This document shows positions 62,767-64,000 of a DNA stretch of 64,000 nucleotides, one piece after another (position 1 is the stretch's first letter; every line of letters begins with the position of its first letter). The DNA is from Laetmonice hystrix (lineage: Eukaryota). The notes beneath the pieces were generated by a model, which searched no databases, had not been told where the DNA came from, and saw nothing but the letters and a program-made list of their open reading frames with translations. Where the stretch lies: assembly GCA_965235115.1 (NCBI GenBank), contig OZ249436.1, positions 44,890,001 through 44,954,000 on the forward strand, given 5' to 3'. The position numbers and the translations under genes were made by a program.

Positions 62767-64000
62767 CTTATCATTAGCTTGCTGAATGCTGTGCTAGACT
62801 TTTAAAGTAAATATGAAGAGACATCGCCTGAAGCTCCATTTGTTGTGCATGTAAAGGATTTAAAACACAGCTTATAGTTTATACTGCCCTAAGCCTGAGA
62901 TGATTGCATGTCCTGTCACAGACTGTACAGTAAAGGTGTCACACGGTTCCCGTTCAGACAAAAAGCTATGGCTTCCATTATAGGGAGCGTAAGTATGTCA
63001 CGTCACAATGCGTGAATCGACGAGAAATGCGGTTTGGAAGCCCAAACTGGCGACAGCCAAATTCCGGTTCCGTTCATTTAGGATTGGGAGGCCCATTAAA
63101 AAACGTTCTAACTGATAACTCCACAATTACTGTTCTCTTTGTTATCAAACTTACTATACATCAGAACCAACATCTCTTATGTTAGAAAAAATACACTTCA
63201 TACTTAAGAAAGTTTGAATTTCTAAAAGGCCGCTATTTGGAGAGGTGTACGCTCACCCAATGTTAAACCAGTGGGGAATTGTGACGTAACGGAAGTTGCA
63301 TATCGCCAGCGCTCTAACTAGGTCAAACCGAACCTCGTTTTCGGTCGCTAACAGGTTTGGCCACCGAGCCCCCGGTGGGGGCGCCCGTGTTGCAATGCCT
63401 TGGAAACCGTACCTATAGGAACAGTGTTAAGTGGGTTGGCGCTCAGTCATGGTCGGACTGAGCGTTTTACTTGAGCCAAAATGGAAATGTTTTATACATG
63501 GAATATTCCCAGTTTTGAAGGTACCTACATGACCGGGGGCTACCATCACAAGATAATTATCCAAAAACTGAAGTTGCTCTGGTCAGTGAACAGAACCTCA
63601 ATGTCGACCAACACTCAAGTGGGCCTACTGTGAATGTGACAAATGAGCTAACCAAACGGTTGATGTGATTGAGGATCTAATATGACTTGTTGACCCTAAA
63701 TTAAAGATACAGAGAACCCGATTGCACTACAAATTTACAATGGTCATTGCCTGGTAGTTAATGGGCATGCTTGGGGTACAATGATGCTCTAACAGTAATT
63801 TATATGCAGTCTTAGACTTTTGCTGGCTGGAGTCTGTATTAGTGGGGCCAAGAATTCCACGGCGTAGCATAACTATCTGCGGCACTACTTTTCTTCTGTA
63901 GCACCTGACCCGTGCTTTCTTGGCTGAATTCGTCTGATAAATTGGGCTTGGTCTAGGCCCCGGTTTCTGAAAGGCTCTAAGCAGCAAGCTTGAAGCTAAG

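Noticed and set aside
62931..63500. Possible left end of another DNA transposon
   Set aside because: Motif-rich and CpG-rich, but I found no matching inverted terminus in the window.

Overview
Eukaryotic, intronic/intergenic-looking DNA. It is probably from an invertebrate animal, inferred from the SINE and MITE types and the undepleted CpG. I found no confidently recognisable protein-coding gene, rRNA, tRNA or CRISPR array. Roughly 25 kb (about 40%) is tandem repeat, in about 20 unrelated minisatellite families with 12-74 bp units. Two arrays dominate: a 5.1-kb 48-bp array (23821-28948) and a 10.4-kb GC-rich array of a constant hairpin core plus a variable C/T-only linker (34190-44610). Both carry kb-scale higher-order duplications. 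The first 7.7 kb is a ~4.7-kb tandem duplication whose breakpoint lies inside a SINE. The rest holds many non-autonomous DNA transposons (TTAA-, TTA- and CWG-flanked MITEs, and a Harbinger-like relic with a broken MADF domain), SINEs, and several exon-like segments with good splice sites on both strands. All very long ORFs in the track come from stop-free repeat monomers. The most unusual pattern is that many minisatellite monomers contain splice-site-like motifs (the 48-bp unit reads as acceptor/12-nt microexon/donor on the minus strand) and/or short hairpins. Copy numbers were counted by eye and are approximate.
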